A stretch of 54,907 nt of DNA from Deltaproteobacteria bacterium (GCA_030627405.1 DAOUSD010000001.1:1-54907), one strand, 5' to 3'. Positions 43,038 through 51,809 are shown, numbered from the stretch's first letter. A program made the numbers and translations. The notes: a model not told the origin generated them from the letters alone.

Positions 43038-43511
43038 ATGAAACAATTTGTAAAATGCCCTGAATGCGGCAAAGTTCAATTAGATTATCTTATTCATCCA
43101 CATCAAATGATTAGATGTAATTCATGCTCGAATGAAATTAATATAGCGTTGTGGGAAAGATTAAAAGCTCTTTCAATAAAACAACCGTGGGCTTGGCTAA
43201 TAGTAAACGGAGATAAAGACATTGAAAATCGTAACACAATAAAGAATTTTAAAGGTGACTTTTTGATTCATGCAGGATTACAATTTGACTATGATTGGTT
43301 TTCAGAAGATAACAACAATTTTATTGCCATGGATACCTCTCATATGCAAAGAGGCGGCATAATAGGTCACGCCACAATAACTGGATTCGTTGAAAAATCA
43401 GATTCACCATGGTTTGTTGGAAAATACGGACTACTTATCAAGGATGCCAAGCCTCTTCCATTCACTCCATGTAAAGGTAAATTAAGTTTCTTTTATCCTG
43501 AAATAAATTAA
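43038..43511 (+). CDS. ASCH domain protein with an N-terminal zinc ribbon
   Basis: CPECG...CNSC is followed by LSIKQPWAWLIVNGDKDIENRN, which is typical of ASCH domains. Confidence 0.7.
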   Translation: MKQFVKCPECGKVQLDYLIHPHQMIRCNSCSNEINIALWERLKALSIKQPWAWLIVNGDKDIENRNTIKNFKGDFLIHAGLQFDYDWFSEDNNNFIAMDTSHMQRGGIIGHATITGFVEKSDSPWFVGKYGLLIKDAKPLPFTPCKGKLSFFYPEIN

Positions 43512-43513
43512 TT

Positions 43514-43687
43514 ATGAAAGCATACGCTAAAAAGAAAACACCATTCGCTAAATTTGAACTAATCAGTAATGGAGTATTCAACTCAGATTTCCCGAAGGGC
43601 TATAACCTGGCAACAGGAATGTGCGATACCATAAAAATAAATACAAATGTATTCCTTCAGGATATCAGGGAGGTTAAAACAAGATAG
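43514..43687 (+). CDS. Small hypothetical protein, 57 aa
   Basis: Hand-translated ORF that exactly fills the gap between ASCH and the next gene. Confidence 0.4.
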   Translation: MKAYAKKKTPFAKFELISNGVFNSDFPKGYNLATGMCDTIKINTNVFLQDIREVKTR

Positions 43688-43688
43688 C

Positions 43689-44246
43689 ATGTCAGACACA
43701 ATAAAAATAACATGTGCTTGTGGAAGAGCGATACCCCAAAGATTTAATTCCACTATCCAGAACAAACAATGTCCTAAGTGTACTCTTTTGAATTTAACTT
43801 CAGGAGATGATAAGGCTGTTAAAAAAGGACTTCCTGCTAAGAAACAACGAAAGCCAAAGAAGAAAAAGACAAGTAATAGACGGCTGGAAGATGAACTAGA
43901 CAAGGCATGGTCAATACTTATAAAGCTAATTGCTGAAAAGAAATGTGAGCATTGCAGCAAAACAAAATATCTAAATTCCCATCATATTTACAGCCGAGCA
44001 AAAAAATCTGTTAGATGGAGTACAATGAATGGAATATGTCTTTGTGTAGGATGTCATATTGGAGTTAATTTCTCTGCTCACAAGACGCCTACTGAATTTA
44101 CAGAATGGCTTGTTGACTATAAAGGAATGCCATTCATGTCAGAATTAAGATTCAAGGCAAATTTCACTTCTCATTACGCTGATTTCGAAAAAGAACTAAT
44201 ACTAAAAGAACTAAATGCTGAAATTAACCGATTCCAAAGCCTTTGA
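43689..44246 (+). CDS. NinG-like protein
   Basis: The start was taken at MSDTIKITCACG. The segment CEHCSKTKYLNSHHIYSRAKKSVRWSTMNGICLCVGCH resembles the lambda NinG family. Confidence 0.6.
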   Translation: MSDTIKITCACGRAIPQRFNSTIQNKQCPKCTLLNLTSGDDKAVKKGLPAKKQRKPKKKKTSNRRLEDELDKAWSILIKLIAEKKCEHCSKTKYLNSHHIYSRAKKSVRWSTMNGICLCVGCHIGVNFSAHKTPTEFTEWLVDYKGMPFMSELRFKANFTSHYADFEKELILKELNAEINRFQSL

Positions 44247-44259
44247 GCTATTCAAAAAA

Positions 44260-44379
44260 ATGAAAAAAGTAACATGTCCTAACTGTAAAGGCGAAAACAA
44301 AAATTGCCCTTACTGTGAAGGAGAAGGAGTTATGTTTAAAGTTTCAGATAAATTAATGAAGGAGATGAAGATCCTGTAG
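44260..44379 (+). CDS. Small CxxC zinc-finger peptide, 39 aa
   Basis: Hand-translated. MKKVTCPNCKGENKNCPYCEGEGV has DnaJ-like CxxCxG motifs. Confidence 0.4.
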   Translation: MKKVTCPNCKGENKNCPYCEGEGVMFKVSDKLMKEMKIL

Positions 44380-44406
44380 ACTAAAAAACATTCATTATAC
44401 TAATCA

Positions 44407-44535
44407 ATGGCAGTAAAAAACAAATCAAGAAAGTGCATTAATTGCTATAAAAAACATAAATGCACAAAACAAGCTACTTACACAGATAAAAAAACAGGAA
44501 TTCTCACCTGTCCTTTTTTTGTTATGAATAAATAA
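44407..44535 (+). CDS. Small Cys-containing peptide, 42 aa
   Basis: Hand-translated ATG..TAA ORF. Confidence 0.3.
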   Translation: MAVKNKSRKCINCYKKHKCTKQATYTDKKTGILTCPFFVMNK

Positions 44536-44559
44536 AACTTTTCTAAATTTTACACAACA

Positions 44560-44598
44560 AGCGGAGTAATTGATTAACCAGATCATCTTCGCTTTTTT
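44560..44598 (+). terminator. Terminator candidate
   Basis: Stem AGCGGAG pairs with CTTCGCT (one G-U pair) around a 20-nt loop, followed by ttttt. Confidence 0.4.
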
Positions 44599-44630
44599 GT
44601 GCTTTACTTGTTTTTCTTATTAATGTTTGT

Positions 44631-44638
44631 TACATTTG
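44631..44638 (+). promoter_or_regulatory. Candidate -7 promoter box
   Basis: TACATTTG is an exact TAnnTTTG match. 24 nt separate it from the ATG at 44663, and it follows the terminator candidate. Confidence 0.45.
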
Positions 44639-44662
44639 GAGTATTAATAAATAATTATAAAT

Positions 44663-44842
44663 ATGCCGAATAGAAAAAAATCACGATCACAACGTAAGAA
44701 ACCGATGTCTTTCTCAATAAAGACAGCTACTTCAGAGGAATTTATAGATCTTTGCATCATTCATAAGCTGATTGCAAGCAATGAAGTTGAGGCAATGATA
44801 GAAGACCGCATAATTGAATTAAACAGCTATTCCAAACCGTAA
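44663..44842 (+). CDS. Small protein, possibly ribbon-helix-helix, 59 aa
   Basis: Hand-translated. It has a basic N-terminus and then MSFSIKTATSEEFIDLC (beta strand then helix pattern). Confidence 0.4.
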   Translation: MPNRKKSRSQRKKPMSFSIKTATSEEFIDLCIIHKLIASNEVEAMIEDRIIELNSYSKP

Positions 44843-44848
44843 TAAGCT

Positions 44849-45505
44849 ATGAAAACAAGTGTAAACATGTTGCGTAAAATGGGCAAATATAATGTTTCCC
44901 AACGCACGAAAGACGGTATGTTCAATGCCACAGACCTTATTAAGCAATGGAACAAGTCAAATGATTTAGGAAAGAGAATTAAGGATTTTATTAAACTGTC
45001 ACAAACAGAAGAATTTGTTGATGAACTTAAGACTGAACTTGAAAGCCAAAGGGACTTTTCTCCCAATGCTGAATACCAAGTAGTTATTACAATTAAAGGA
45101 AGAAACACAAAAAAAGGCAAAACTCCTAATGTAGTTTGGTATCATCCATATTTATTCATAAAGTTTGCGATGTGGCTCAATCCAAGGTTTGAACTTCAGG
45201 TTATAAAGTTCATAGCAGACCAATTGATTGAAAATAGACACAATGCTGGTGATAATTTCAACGGTCTTACGAGCGCAGTTCAGAAATTCACTGGCATTGA
45301 TTACCGAACAATGTCGAAGGGCCTTAATTGGATTGTATTCAATCGCCACGAAAGAGGAATTCGGGACTCCGCATCTCAGGAACAATTATCTGAGCTAACA
45401 GATCTGGAAAAGAAAATGGCTTTTGCCGTAGACATGGGTTATATTCGGACGTTTGATGAATTGGTGAATGAGATGAGAAGAATGTATCATAAAAAATGGG
45501 ATTAA
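44849..45505 (+). CDS. KilA-N domain protein
   Basis: The segments VSQRTKDGMFNATDLIKQWN and VWYHPYLFIKFAMWLNPRFELQVIKF fit the KilA-N pattern. Confidence 0.65.
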   Translation: MKTSVNMLRKMGKYNVSQRTKDGMFNATDLIKQWNKSNDLGKRIKDFIKLSQTEEFVDELKTELESQRDFSPNAEYQVVITIKGRNTKKGKTPNVVWYHPYLFIKFAMWLNPRFELQVIKFIADQLIENRHNAGDNFNGLTSAVQKFTGIDYRTMSKGLNWIVFNRHERGIRDSASQEQLSELTDLEKKMAFAVDMGYIRTFDELVNEMRRMYHKKWD

Positions 45506-45507
45506 CC

Positions 45508-45747
45508 ATGGCACCATCAAACGAAGACCAATTAAAAAGCGACTACGACAAACAAGTTGAATCTGAATCAATATGCAATATCTGTAATTGTGAGATGAAA
45601 GTTATTCACAAGGAGGGAAAGCGGTTCCGATATGACAAAGAACATACCATGTATCAATGCCCAATATGTGGGAATAAGCACCGAAAACGCACTCAGAATG
45701 AAGTACTACGTGATATTGGCAAAATGGATGATAACACTTTAGATTAA
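45508..45747 (+). CDS. Small zinc-ribbon protein
   Basis: The start was taken at MAPSNEDQ. The Cys pairs are CNICNC...CPICG. Confidence 0.5.
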   Translation: MAPSNEDQLKSDYDKQVESESICNICNCEMKVIHKEGKRFRYDKEHTMYQCPICGNKHRKRTQNEVLRDIGKMDDNTLD

Positions 45748-45751
45748 AATC

Positions 45752-46078
45752 ATGAAAACACTATTAATAATTATACTATTGACGTTATCAATGTCAATAT
45801 TCGCGAAAGACAAAATCGGGTATCTCGTCGCAGTTACCGGGACTGAAAAGATTAAGATTTACAAATGCCAGTCAATCGACAAGGCTGTCGAGTTATTCAA
45901 CATTTACTTCCCTGGCAATTGCATGTCACTTGAAAAAGTGTTGAAGTATTCTAATTACTTTCAGGTTCTTACTGAGAATAGAGGATACTATGTGGAAGCT
46001 AAACGGATGATTAGGAGAAGGCACCTGTTATTCGGAAAGAGAACCGGTAAGATTGTATTCAGAAAATTACGCAAGTGA
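45752..46078 (+). CDS. Exported protein, function unknown
   Basis: The N-terminus MKTLLIIILLTLSMSIFA looks like a signal peptide. Confidence 0.55.
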   Translation: MKTLLIIILLTLSMSIFAKDKIGYLVAVTGTEKIKIYKCQSIDKAVELFNIYFPGNCMSLEKVLKYSNYFQVLTENRGYYVEAKRMIRRRHLLFGKRTGKIVFRKLRK

Positions 46079-46168
46079 TATTGATTATTAAATAATATTT
46101 TGTATCTTGCAATCGCTTTAGTATCCCTTCGTGGATATTTTTTAAACTAATAAATATACAACTGTAAA

Positions 46169-46321
46169 GTGGAGGCATTAAAGATAGATAAAACAAAACT
46201 TAAAACAGTTTCCAATTATGCAAAGGACATAATGGTTACCAGACAAACTGTATATAATATGGCAAAGGAGAAAAAGGTTAAAATAGTTGTTATTGACGGT
46301 GTTCAATTTATTCAACTGTAA
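46169..46321 (+). CDS. Small HTH DNA-binding protein (excisionase/MerR-like), GTG start
   Basis: Hand-translated 50 aa containing VSNYAKDIMVTRQTVYNMAKEKKVKIVVIDGVQFI. Confidence 0.4.
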   Translation: MEALKIDKTKLKTVSNYAKDIMVTRQTVYNMAKEKKVKIVVIDGVQFIQL

Positions 46322-46352
46322 TTTTTTTGTTTTAATTTTTAACAATTGTAAA

Positions 46353-47063
46353 ATGAAATATTATTTACATGATTCAAACTCCTTTAACGATGAAAAAATA
46401 ACCCAACTATTCATTAAGTTCGGATATGAAGGATTAGGTTTATTTTATACTGCATTGGAAAAAATTGCATTACAGGAAAAACCAGTCTCAACAGAGGTGT
46501 TAAAACATCAATTAAAAGTTGGCAAAAGACTTAATAAATGCTGGTCGTTTATGGAAGAAATAGAACTTATTTCATCAAACAATGGTGAAACTTTCAACAA
46601 ACAATTGCTAAACTTTAGTGAAAAGTACCAGATAAAAAAAGAAAAAAACGCAAAAAGAATTTCTGAATGGCGTGAAAAACAAGATGTTAAAGAAAATGTA
46701 ACACGTTCTGAAAGTGTTCGTAACACTCCTAAAGTAAAGGAAAGTAAAGTAAATAGAAGTAAAGTAAATATAGAGTTTGATATTTTTTGGAATTTATATG
46801 ATAAGAAAAAAGGTGATAAAGATTCCTGTAAAAGAAAATGGGACAAATTAAAAGAGGATGAACAGCAGAAAATAATAGATATTATTCCTGAATGGAAAAA
46901 ACAATTTTCTGACATTCAATATCAGCCATTCCCATCTACATTCTTAAATCAAAAACGTTGGAATGACGAATTAATAATTAACAAAATAGCAAATGAAGAA
47001 ACTGGACGAAATACTACGCAATCATCAGAGCCAAATGATGGAGGGTGGAAAATCCATCGTTAA
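46353..47063 (+). CDS. Replisome organiser (Lin1244/DUF4373-like N-terminal domain)
   Basis: The start was taken at MKYYLHDSNSFNDEKITQLFIKFGYEGLGLFYTALEKIA. The C-terminal segment is FDIFWNLYDKKKGDK...FLNQKRWNDE. Confidence 0.65.
   Translation: MKYYLHDSNSFNDEKITQLFIKFGYEGLGLFYTALEKIALQEKPVSTEVLKHQLKVGKRLNKCWSFMEEIELISSNNGETFNKQLLNFSEKYQIKKEKNAKRISEWREKQDVKENVTRSESVRNTPKVKESKVNRSKVNIEFDIFWNLYDKKKGDKDSCKRKWDKLKEDEQQKIIDIIPEWKKQFSDIQYQPFPSTFLNQKRWNDELIINKIANEETGRNTTQSSEPNDGGWKIHR
46733..46770 (+). repeat. Direct repeats (iteron-like) inside the replisome organiser gene
   Basis: agtaaagtaaata occurs at 46743..46755 and 46758..46770, with a partial agtaaagg at 46733. gtaacac x2 and the inverted pair AACAC/GTGTT lie just upstream. 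Confidence 0.6.
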
Positions 47064-47667
47064 TAAATTAATTGAACTAACACCGGAAGTTTCAGCTACA
47101 TTAAAAATCGGAATTTTCAATACTGGAAAATCAATGGTTCCTGATTTCATATTAAGTGAAGATATGAAAATTGTATTTAATAGCTTATTTTTATATTTTA
47201 CCGGAAATGGAGGATACGACATGAGTAAAGGAATTTATCTTTATGGCGAGTTCGGAGTAGGTAAAACAATCACCATGTCGATTTTTAGTAGATTTTTAGC
47301 CACTTTCTTTCCATTCAGTGCGAATGGGTTCGGAATAACCTCAGTTGAGAAGATATCTGAGTCCTATAGGGATAATGGCAATATTGCAAAATATGGCAGG
47401 AATACTGAAGATAACAAACCTTTTAATCTTTGCATCAACGAATTCGGAAAGCCAATTGACGAGAAATTCTATGGGACAAATATTCAGTATGTAATTAACT
47501 CAATGTTAATGGCCAGATATGAAATATTTCAGGAAAAAAAGATACTAACTCATGCAACTAGTAATTTCCATCCTGGTAAATTAGATTGTTTCGACAGTGC
47601 ACTGATGGATAGATTCAAGGAAATGTTCAATTTTATAGAAATTAAAGGGGATAGTTTTAGGAAATAA
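47035..47667 (+). CDS. AAA ATPase, DnaC/IstB-like helicase loader candidate
   Basis: Walker A is LYGEFGVGKT and a Walker-B-like segment is LCINEFG. The start is uncertain (46993, 47035 or 47038). Confidence 0.6.
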   Translation: MMEGGKSIVNKLIELTPEVSATLKIGIFNTGKSMVPDFILSEDMKIVFNSLFLYFTGNGGYDMSKGIYLYGEFGVGKTITMSIFSRFLATFFPFSANGFGITSVEKISESYRDNGNIAKYGRNTEDNKPFNLCINEFGKPIDEKFYGTNIQYVINSMLMARYEIFQEKKILTHATSNFHPGKLDCFDSALMDRFKEMFNFIEIKGDSFRK

Positions 47668-47787
47668 ATTATGAATAAAAATTCATGACCGTAGGAGGGA
47701 GAGATTAAATCACACCACTTGTTACCAACTTGTGGTTATTGCGAACCTCGATTAAATAAACCGAATTAATAATTAAATATTTTTAGC

Positions 47788-48276
47788 ATGGGATTAAATA
47801 CATTACAAATGGAAATAGCACTTATGAAAGAGTGTAATTTCAGGCAAAATATAGTAGTTTCTAATGTTTCTTTTGGGATAGTAAGATACTTTTATAATGA
47901 AGGCAAAAGATGCTATGATGAGTTGCATGAATGTGATATTTTGAAAGTTACATTAACTGGTTATGCTACTGAATTTGAAATAAAAGTAAGTAAAAGCGAT
48001 TTTAAGGCAGATGCTAAAAAGAAACATTCACATGACAGTAAATTCATAAAACAACTATATTATGCAATCCCATTTGAAATGCTTGATTTTGCGAAAGAGA
48101 ACTTACCCTATAATTCTGGGCTTGTATATGTGAAAAATAATAAAGTTATATATGACATAAATGCACCTGTAAGAAATGACGCATTCAAATGGACGCAAGA
48201 TGAACTATTTAAATTAGCAAGACTAGGCACTATGCGAATTTCTACTCTTAAAAGTGCGTTGGCAAAAAATATTTAA
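47788..48276 (+). CDS. MmcB-like PD-(D/E)XK nuclease candidate
   Basis: LHECDILKV...ATEFEIKVSKSDFKAD fits a D...E-x-K core and the remembered MmcB family pattern. Confidence 0.45.
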   Translation: MGLNTLQMEIALMKECNFRQNIVVSNVSFGIVRYFYNEGKRCYDELHECDILKVTLTGYATEFEIKVSKSDFKADAKKKHSHDSKFIKQLYYAIPFEMLDFAKENLPYNSGLVYVKNNKVIYDINAPVRNDAFKWTQDELFKLARLGTMRISTLKSALAKNI

Positions 48277-48287
48277 GATTTAATAAA

Positions 48288-48539
48288 ATGGAACGATTTT
48301 ATAAACAGGTGGAAGATTTAGAAAAAGAAAAAGCACAAGAATTGTATAAAGAGATTTGTGCTGAGATTATTGAAAAAAATGGATTAAAAAATACAGCAAT
48401 AGAAATGCTGACTAATTTTTGTGATGCTCGTATAAGAGAGCAAATTGAATTAGATAGAAATAGAGATTATTTAACAAAAGTTGCTCCAATTTGGAAAGGA
48501 ATAAAAAGGGCTGTTACAATTATTGGTAATGGAGTCTAA
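48288..48539 (+). CDS. Hypothetical protein
   Basis: 83-aa ORF. Confidence 0.55.
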   Translation: MERFYKQVEDLEKEKAQELYKEICAEIIEKNGLKNTAIEMLTNFCDARIREQIELDRNRDYLTKVAPIWKGIKRAVTIIGNGV

Positions 48540-48552
48540 TGGTAAATTGTAA
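48537..48552 (+). repeat. Early-arm intergenic motif copy (variant)
   Basis: taatggtaaattgtaa. Its TAA is the stop of 48288..48539. The 14-mer ggtaaattgtaagt recurs at 50703..50716. Confidence 0.55.
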
Positions 48553-48610
48553 GTTGACATTTTCCGTTGAAATACCGATAGAATTAGTAAATAACATAAA
48601 TTTTAAAATT

Positions 48611-48979
48611 ATGATAGCAAAGGCATTGAAGAACTTTGGTGGACACATGGTATTTTTAGTAGGATTAAGTAGTGGAGTTAGTACATGGGTTTATTACGAT
48701 GAATATTGGTTAGGTATAACACTTATTGTGCTTGGCTACTTTCTTAGCTGTGTTGTACGTGCGATGGCAGCCAGTTATCAGACACCTACAGGCAAATGCA
48801 ATAAACATATTGTTAGCGGTTCGGTGCTTTCTGACAAAGAGCTGGAAGAACATATTTGGGAAGAGATAGAACTTCCACTATCAAATACTGATAAAATACT
48901 AAATACAGATAGCTATAAAAAATACTTGGATGTTGTTGAATGGGCGAAGTTCGGGCGCGATTATCGCACTGACCGCTAA
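48611..48979 (+). CDS. Membrane protein (2 TM)
   Basis: The start was taken at MIAKALKNFGG, after a tttaaaattatg context. The TM segments are HMVFLVGLSSGVSTWVYY and LGITLIVLGYFLSCVV. Confidence 0.5.
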   Translation: MIAKALKNFGGHMVFLVGLSSGVSTWVYYDEYWLGITLIVLGYFLSCVVRAMAASYQTPTGKCNKHIVSGSVLSDKELEEHIWEEIELPLSNTDKILNTDSYKKYLDVVEWAKFGRDYRTDR

Positions 48980-48992
48980 TGGTTTGGCTAAG
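48977..48992 (+). repeat. Early-arm intergenic motif copy
   Basis: taatggtttggctaag. Its TAA is the stop of the upstream ORF. Confidence 0.6.
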
Positions 48993-49051
48993 TACTTACC
49001 GCTGATGAATAACCGAAGCATTATAAACGAGATATAATTAAACACTTTAGT

Positions 49052-49288
49052 ATGGATAACAACGAAATTTTAAAACAACTTGAAGACTTATTGATAATTA
49101 CTTGTGAATCAGAAAAAAGAGAGATTAGTAAATACCTAAAGTTGTTAAGCGAAGGCAAACAGAAACCAACGAACGATAGCAGTAGTTGTACTATCTGCAA
49201 CAAAGAAACTGCTTCCGTTTGCGAAAAGTGTTTAGCTACACATTATAGTACAACTACCGCTAACGTTAAATGTATGCGCTGTATGTAG
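49052..49288 (+). CDS. Small Cys-rich protein
   Basis: 78 aa with the pattern CTICN...CEKC...CMRC. Confidence 0.5.
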   Translation: MDNNEILKQLEDLLIITCESEKREISKYLKLLSEGKQKPTNDSSSCTICNKETASVCEKCLATHYSTTTANVKCMRCM

Positions 49289-49360
49289 CGCAGCGAAATA
49301 TGGCGTATGACATAGTGTTATATGCTTTTATTAATAATTTTTTAAATAAATAATACAGAT

Positions 49361-49639
49361 ATGGAACAATTAAATTTAACACCAAAGGAACTAAAAAAAA
49401 TAGGATTTACCCAATTAAAAATAGAGGGTAACGAAATGAATAAGCCAAAAACAATTTATAAGATTGACTTTATAAATGGATATATTTATTGTAATCCAAA
49501 TGAAAAGATATACAAGTGGTATCACAAAACAATATTAGGAGATGCGGCTAATTATATTCATTTAGATATAACTAATAGACCTATATTATATACGCTACTA
49601 AGTTGTTTAAATATAGATTATGAGCTAGTGATGGTTTAA
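49361..49639 (+). CDS. Hypothetical protein
   Basis: 92-aa ORF. Confidence 0.5.
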   Translation: MEQLNLTPKELKKIGFTQLKIEGNEMNKPKTIYKIDFINGYIYCNPNEKIYKWYHKTILGDAANYIHLDITNRPILYTLLSCLNIDYELVMV

Positions 49640-49646
49640 TTGCATA

Positions 49647-49662
49647 TAATGGTTTGTGTATG
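49647..49662 (+). repeat. Early-arm intergenic motif copy
   Basis: taatggtttgtgtatg. Confidence 0.6.
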
Positions 49663-49675
49663 AAATTTAAAATTT

Positions 49676-49876
49676 ATGGATATGAAAAATGAAGACATTA
49701 AGGTGGCATGTGAACATCTATTCACAGTTATTAAAATGAGTGAAGATAAATTAAGTGAAATCAGAAAGATATGTAAACATGAAAAAACGTATGAAGGTAA
49801 TTACTCGTGGCGACCGGGGGCAATACAACTTGCAGACATTTGTGAGTATTGTGGTGAATTGGTACAGTATAAGTAA
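49676..49876 (+). CDS. Small Cys-containing protein
   Basis: 66 aa with the pattern C..H...C.H...CEYCG. Confidence 0.5.
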   Translation: MDMKNEDIKVACEHLFTVIKMSEDKLSEIRKICKHEKTYEGNYSWRPGAIQLADICEYCGELVQYK

Positions 49877-49917
49877 TAAATTTTATTTTTTATACACCTT
49901 GTTATAAATTGAAAATT

Positions 49918-50010
49918 ATGAGGAAAATACTTAATAGAATATTGGACGTTATAGCAATAATTTCACTCGCATATATAATACTGTATGCCGTGATAATTTT
50001 TTGTTTATAA
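49918..50010 (+). CDS. Tiny TM peptide, 30 aa (MRKILNRILDVIAIISLAYIILYAVIIFCL)
   Basis: Hand-translated. Its stop TAA is the first triplet of the next motif copy. Confidence 0.3.
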   Translation: MRKILNRILDVIAIISLAYIILYAVIIFCL

Positions 50011-50023
50011 CGGTTTGTGTTTG
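50008..50023 (+). repeat. Early-arm intergenic motif copy
   Basis: taacggtttgtgtttg, preceded by ttttttgttta. Confidence 0.6.
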
Positions 50024-50055
50024 TTTTGGAATTTTACGAATTTAAAACTACGAAT

Positions 50056-50388
50056 ATGATTAACGAAAATGTAACAAAAGTACTAGACCAGTTGAAATAC
50101 ATAGCTGAATTTGAAGAAAGCAAAAACGGAAATAAAGGGCATGTAATATGGAGCTATAACTTTTACAAGCTATCACAAGCTATAGTAAAATTATTAAATA
50201 AACATATTATTATGCCTTCGTTTGCGGAATTAAAGGAAATGAGGTTAAAAACTAGATACAGTATGCGACAAATAAGTAAAAAAACAGGAGTAAGTACCCC
50301 AACGATAAGCCGTATAGAAAAAGGGAATAATGCTGAATACCAGAACGTTAAAAAATTATACGAGTTTTATGTAGCAAATGAGGCATAA
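50056..50388 (+). CDS. XRE-family HTH transcriptional regulator
   Basis: The start was taken at MINENV. The C-terminal half is LKEMRLKTRYSMRQISKKTGVSTPTISRIEKGNN. Confidence 0.65.
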   Translation: MINENVTKVLDQLKYIAEFEESKNGNKGHVIWSYNFYKLSQAIVKLLNKHIIMPSFAELKEMRLKTRYSMRQISKKTGVSTPTISRIEKGNNAEYQNVKKLYEFYVANEA

Positions 50389-50401
50389 TGGTTGGCTAAG
50401 T
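50386..50401 (+). repeat. Early-arm intergenic motif copy (1-nt shorter)
   Basis: taatggttggctaagt. Its TAA is the stop of the HTH gene. Confidence 0.55.
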
Positions 50402-50431
50402 TTTGAAGTTTTAACGTAAAAAAAATAGATA

Positions 50432-50695
50432 ATGACAACAGAAGATTATTTTAACCAAGACGATTTACTTGCTACAAGTAAAGTACCAAAAGAGATACGA
50501 AGATTTACATACTTCGATTTATTAAAGTTCGCTGAATATTACCACAGAAGTGAGTTAAAGCTTTTAAATTTAGACTTTGCTAGCAAGCGAAGCGAACTGT
50601 TAATTGGCTTTATGGAAGATTTACGAAAAAACGGAGAACTACCAGAGTTGCTGAGCATTGAAAAAAGAGCTGCGAATTATTCAGCCAATTTATAG
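50432..50695 (+). CDS. Hypothetical protein
   Basis: 87-aa ORF. Confidence 0.55.
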   Translation: MTTEDYFNQDDLLATSKVPKEIRRFTYFDLLKFAEYYHRSELKLLNLDFASKRSELLIGFMEDLRKNGELPELLSIEKRAANYSANL

Positions 50696-50781
50696 TTGCT
50701 GACGGTAAATTGTAAGTGCTGACCGCTGTTAGATTACCGAAAGAATTTGAAACGAGAATAAAAATTATAAATTACCGAGCG

Positions 50782-51162
50782 ATGGACATGAAAAAATTAG
50801 AATACACAGAAACACAACACACTGGAAACCACGGAGATTTCCAAAACGTAATTATACAAGTAAAATTCATGGGAATTAACTTTTACCAACCAGCCAAAAT
50901 GAAAAGTATATTTAACTACAGCTACAGGTTGGCAAAATGGAGAATATTAAGGAATATTAAGCAAGTAATTAAGGGAGACATATTTGAACAGTGGGATGGC
51001 AAAGGGTATTCTACGGGCGCAAGCGGTTTGGATTTACACTTTGTTACCCAGCGAAGCGAACAGTTAAGCGATTTTGAGAAATGGCTTAACGACAAAGAGT
51101 ACGATTCAATGTGGACTAAACATTTAATTAGCGAATATAAAAAATTGCTTAATTGTGGGTAA
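50782..51162 (+). CDS. Hypothetical protein
   Basis: The start was taken at MDMKKLEY because the track GTG start lies inside a motif variant. Confidence 0.5.
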   Translation: MDMKKLEYTETQHTGNHGDFQNVIIQVKFMGINFYQPAKMKSIFNYSYRLAKWRILRNIKQVIKGDIFEQWDGKGYSTGASGLDLHFVTQRSEQLSDFEKWLNDKEYDSMWTKHLISEYKKLLNCG

Positions 51163-51175
51163 CGTTCCGGCTAAG
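51160..51175 (+). repeat. Early-arm intergenic motif copy
   Basis: taacgttccggctaag followed by aatagtgggcc. Its TAA is the stop codon. Confidence 0.55.
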
Positions 51176-51296
51176 AATAGTGGGCCGCGTAGATACCAAT
51201 AATGATAAAAATAGTTATATAAATTACTAATAAACAAGGACTTAAATGTGGGCCACGCCCATTATTTTTAGACTTTGTTACAAACTTTTAAAAATT

Positions 51297-51512
51297 ATGG
51301 ATTACAAGACATTGACACAACAATCAGACCATAATGCAGCTATTGAAAGAGAAGAATATAACTTATTTGCTACGATAAAGCCAAAACTTTACAAAGATGG
51401 CAACCAGTGGTGTTGCTTATATGGTGAAGATTTGCAGGTTGGAATTGCTGGTTTTGGCGATACACCATGGTTCGCAATAATGGATTGGAACAAAGGATGG
51501 CGTAAGCTATAA
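51297..51512 (+). CDS. Hypothetical protein
   Basis: The start was taken at MDYKTLTQQ, after a cttttaaaaattatg context. Confidence 0.5.
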   Translation: MDYKTLTQQSDHNAAIEREEYNLFATIKPKLYKDGNQWCCLYGEDLQVGIAGFGDTPWFAIMDWNKGWRKL

Positions 51513-51525
51513 TTTTATTTGTTTA

Positions 51526-51541
51526 TAATGGTTTGGTTAAG
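51526..51541 (+). repeat. Early-arm intergenic motif copy
   Basis: taatggtttggttaag, preceded by ttttatttgttta. Confidence 0.6.
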
Positions 51542-51628
51542 TTTTGAAGCCTAACCACAAACGATTAAATTTAGTATAAACTTTACATAGGCTTTTAAAT
51601 ATAGCTTTTGTTATAAACTTTTAAAATT

Positions 51629-51778
51629 ATGGATTTATTAAATGATGATACATCAATGACAGTAAGATGTGAAAACTGCGGATGGGAAGGTTACGATGAT
51701 GAATTAATTAAAAACGATGAATTTAGTAATGAAACTTATATGTATTGCCCGACTTGTTTAAGCGATAGAATTGAATAA
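51629..51778 (+). CDS. Small zinc-ribbon protein, 49 aa
   Basis: Hand-translated. The sequence MDLLNDDTSMTVRCENCGWEGYDDE...YCPTCLSDRIE follows a cttttaaaattatg context. Confidence 0.45.
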   Translation: MDLLNDDTSMTVRCENCGWEGYDDELIKNDEFSNETYMYCPTCLSDRIE

Positions 51779-51793
51779 TTTTTATTGTTTATA

Positions 51794-51809
51794 TAACGGC
51801 TCGTGCAAG
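51794..51809 (+). repeat. Early-arm intergenic motif copy
   Basis: taacggctcgtgcaag followed by aatagtggcg and attaacgcacgaa, and preceded by tttttattgttta. Confidence 0.6.

Noticed and set aside
43583-43960. 125-aa minus-strand ORF
   Set aside because: It is antisense to the NinG-like gene and the preceding small ORF. Its translation is an S/F/L-rich shadow.
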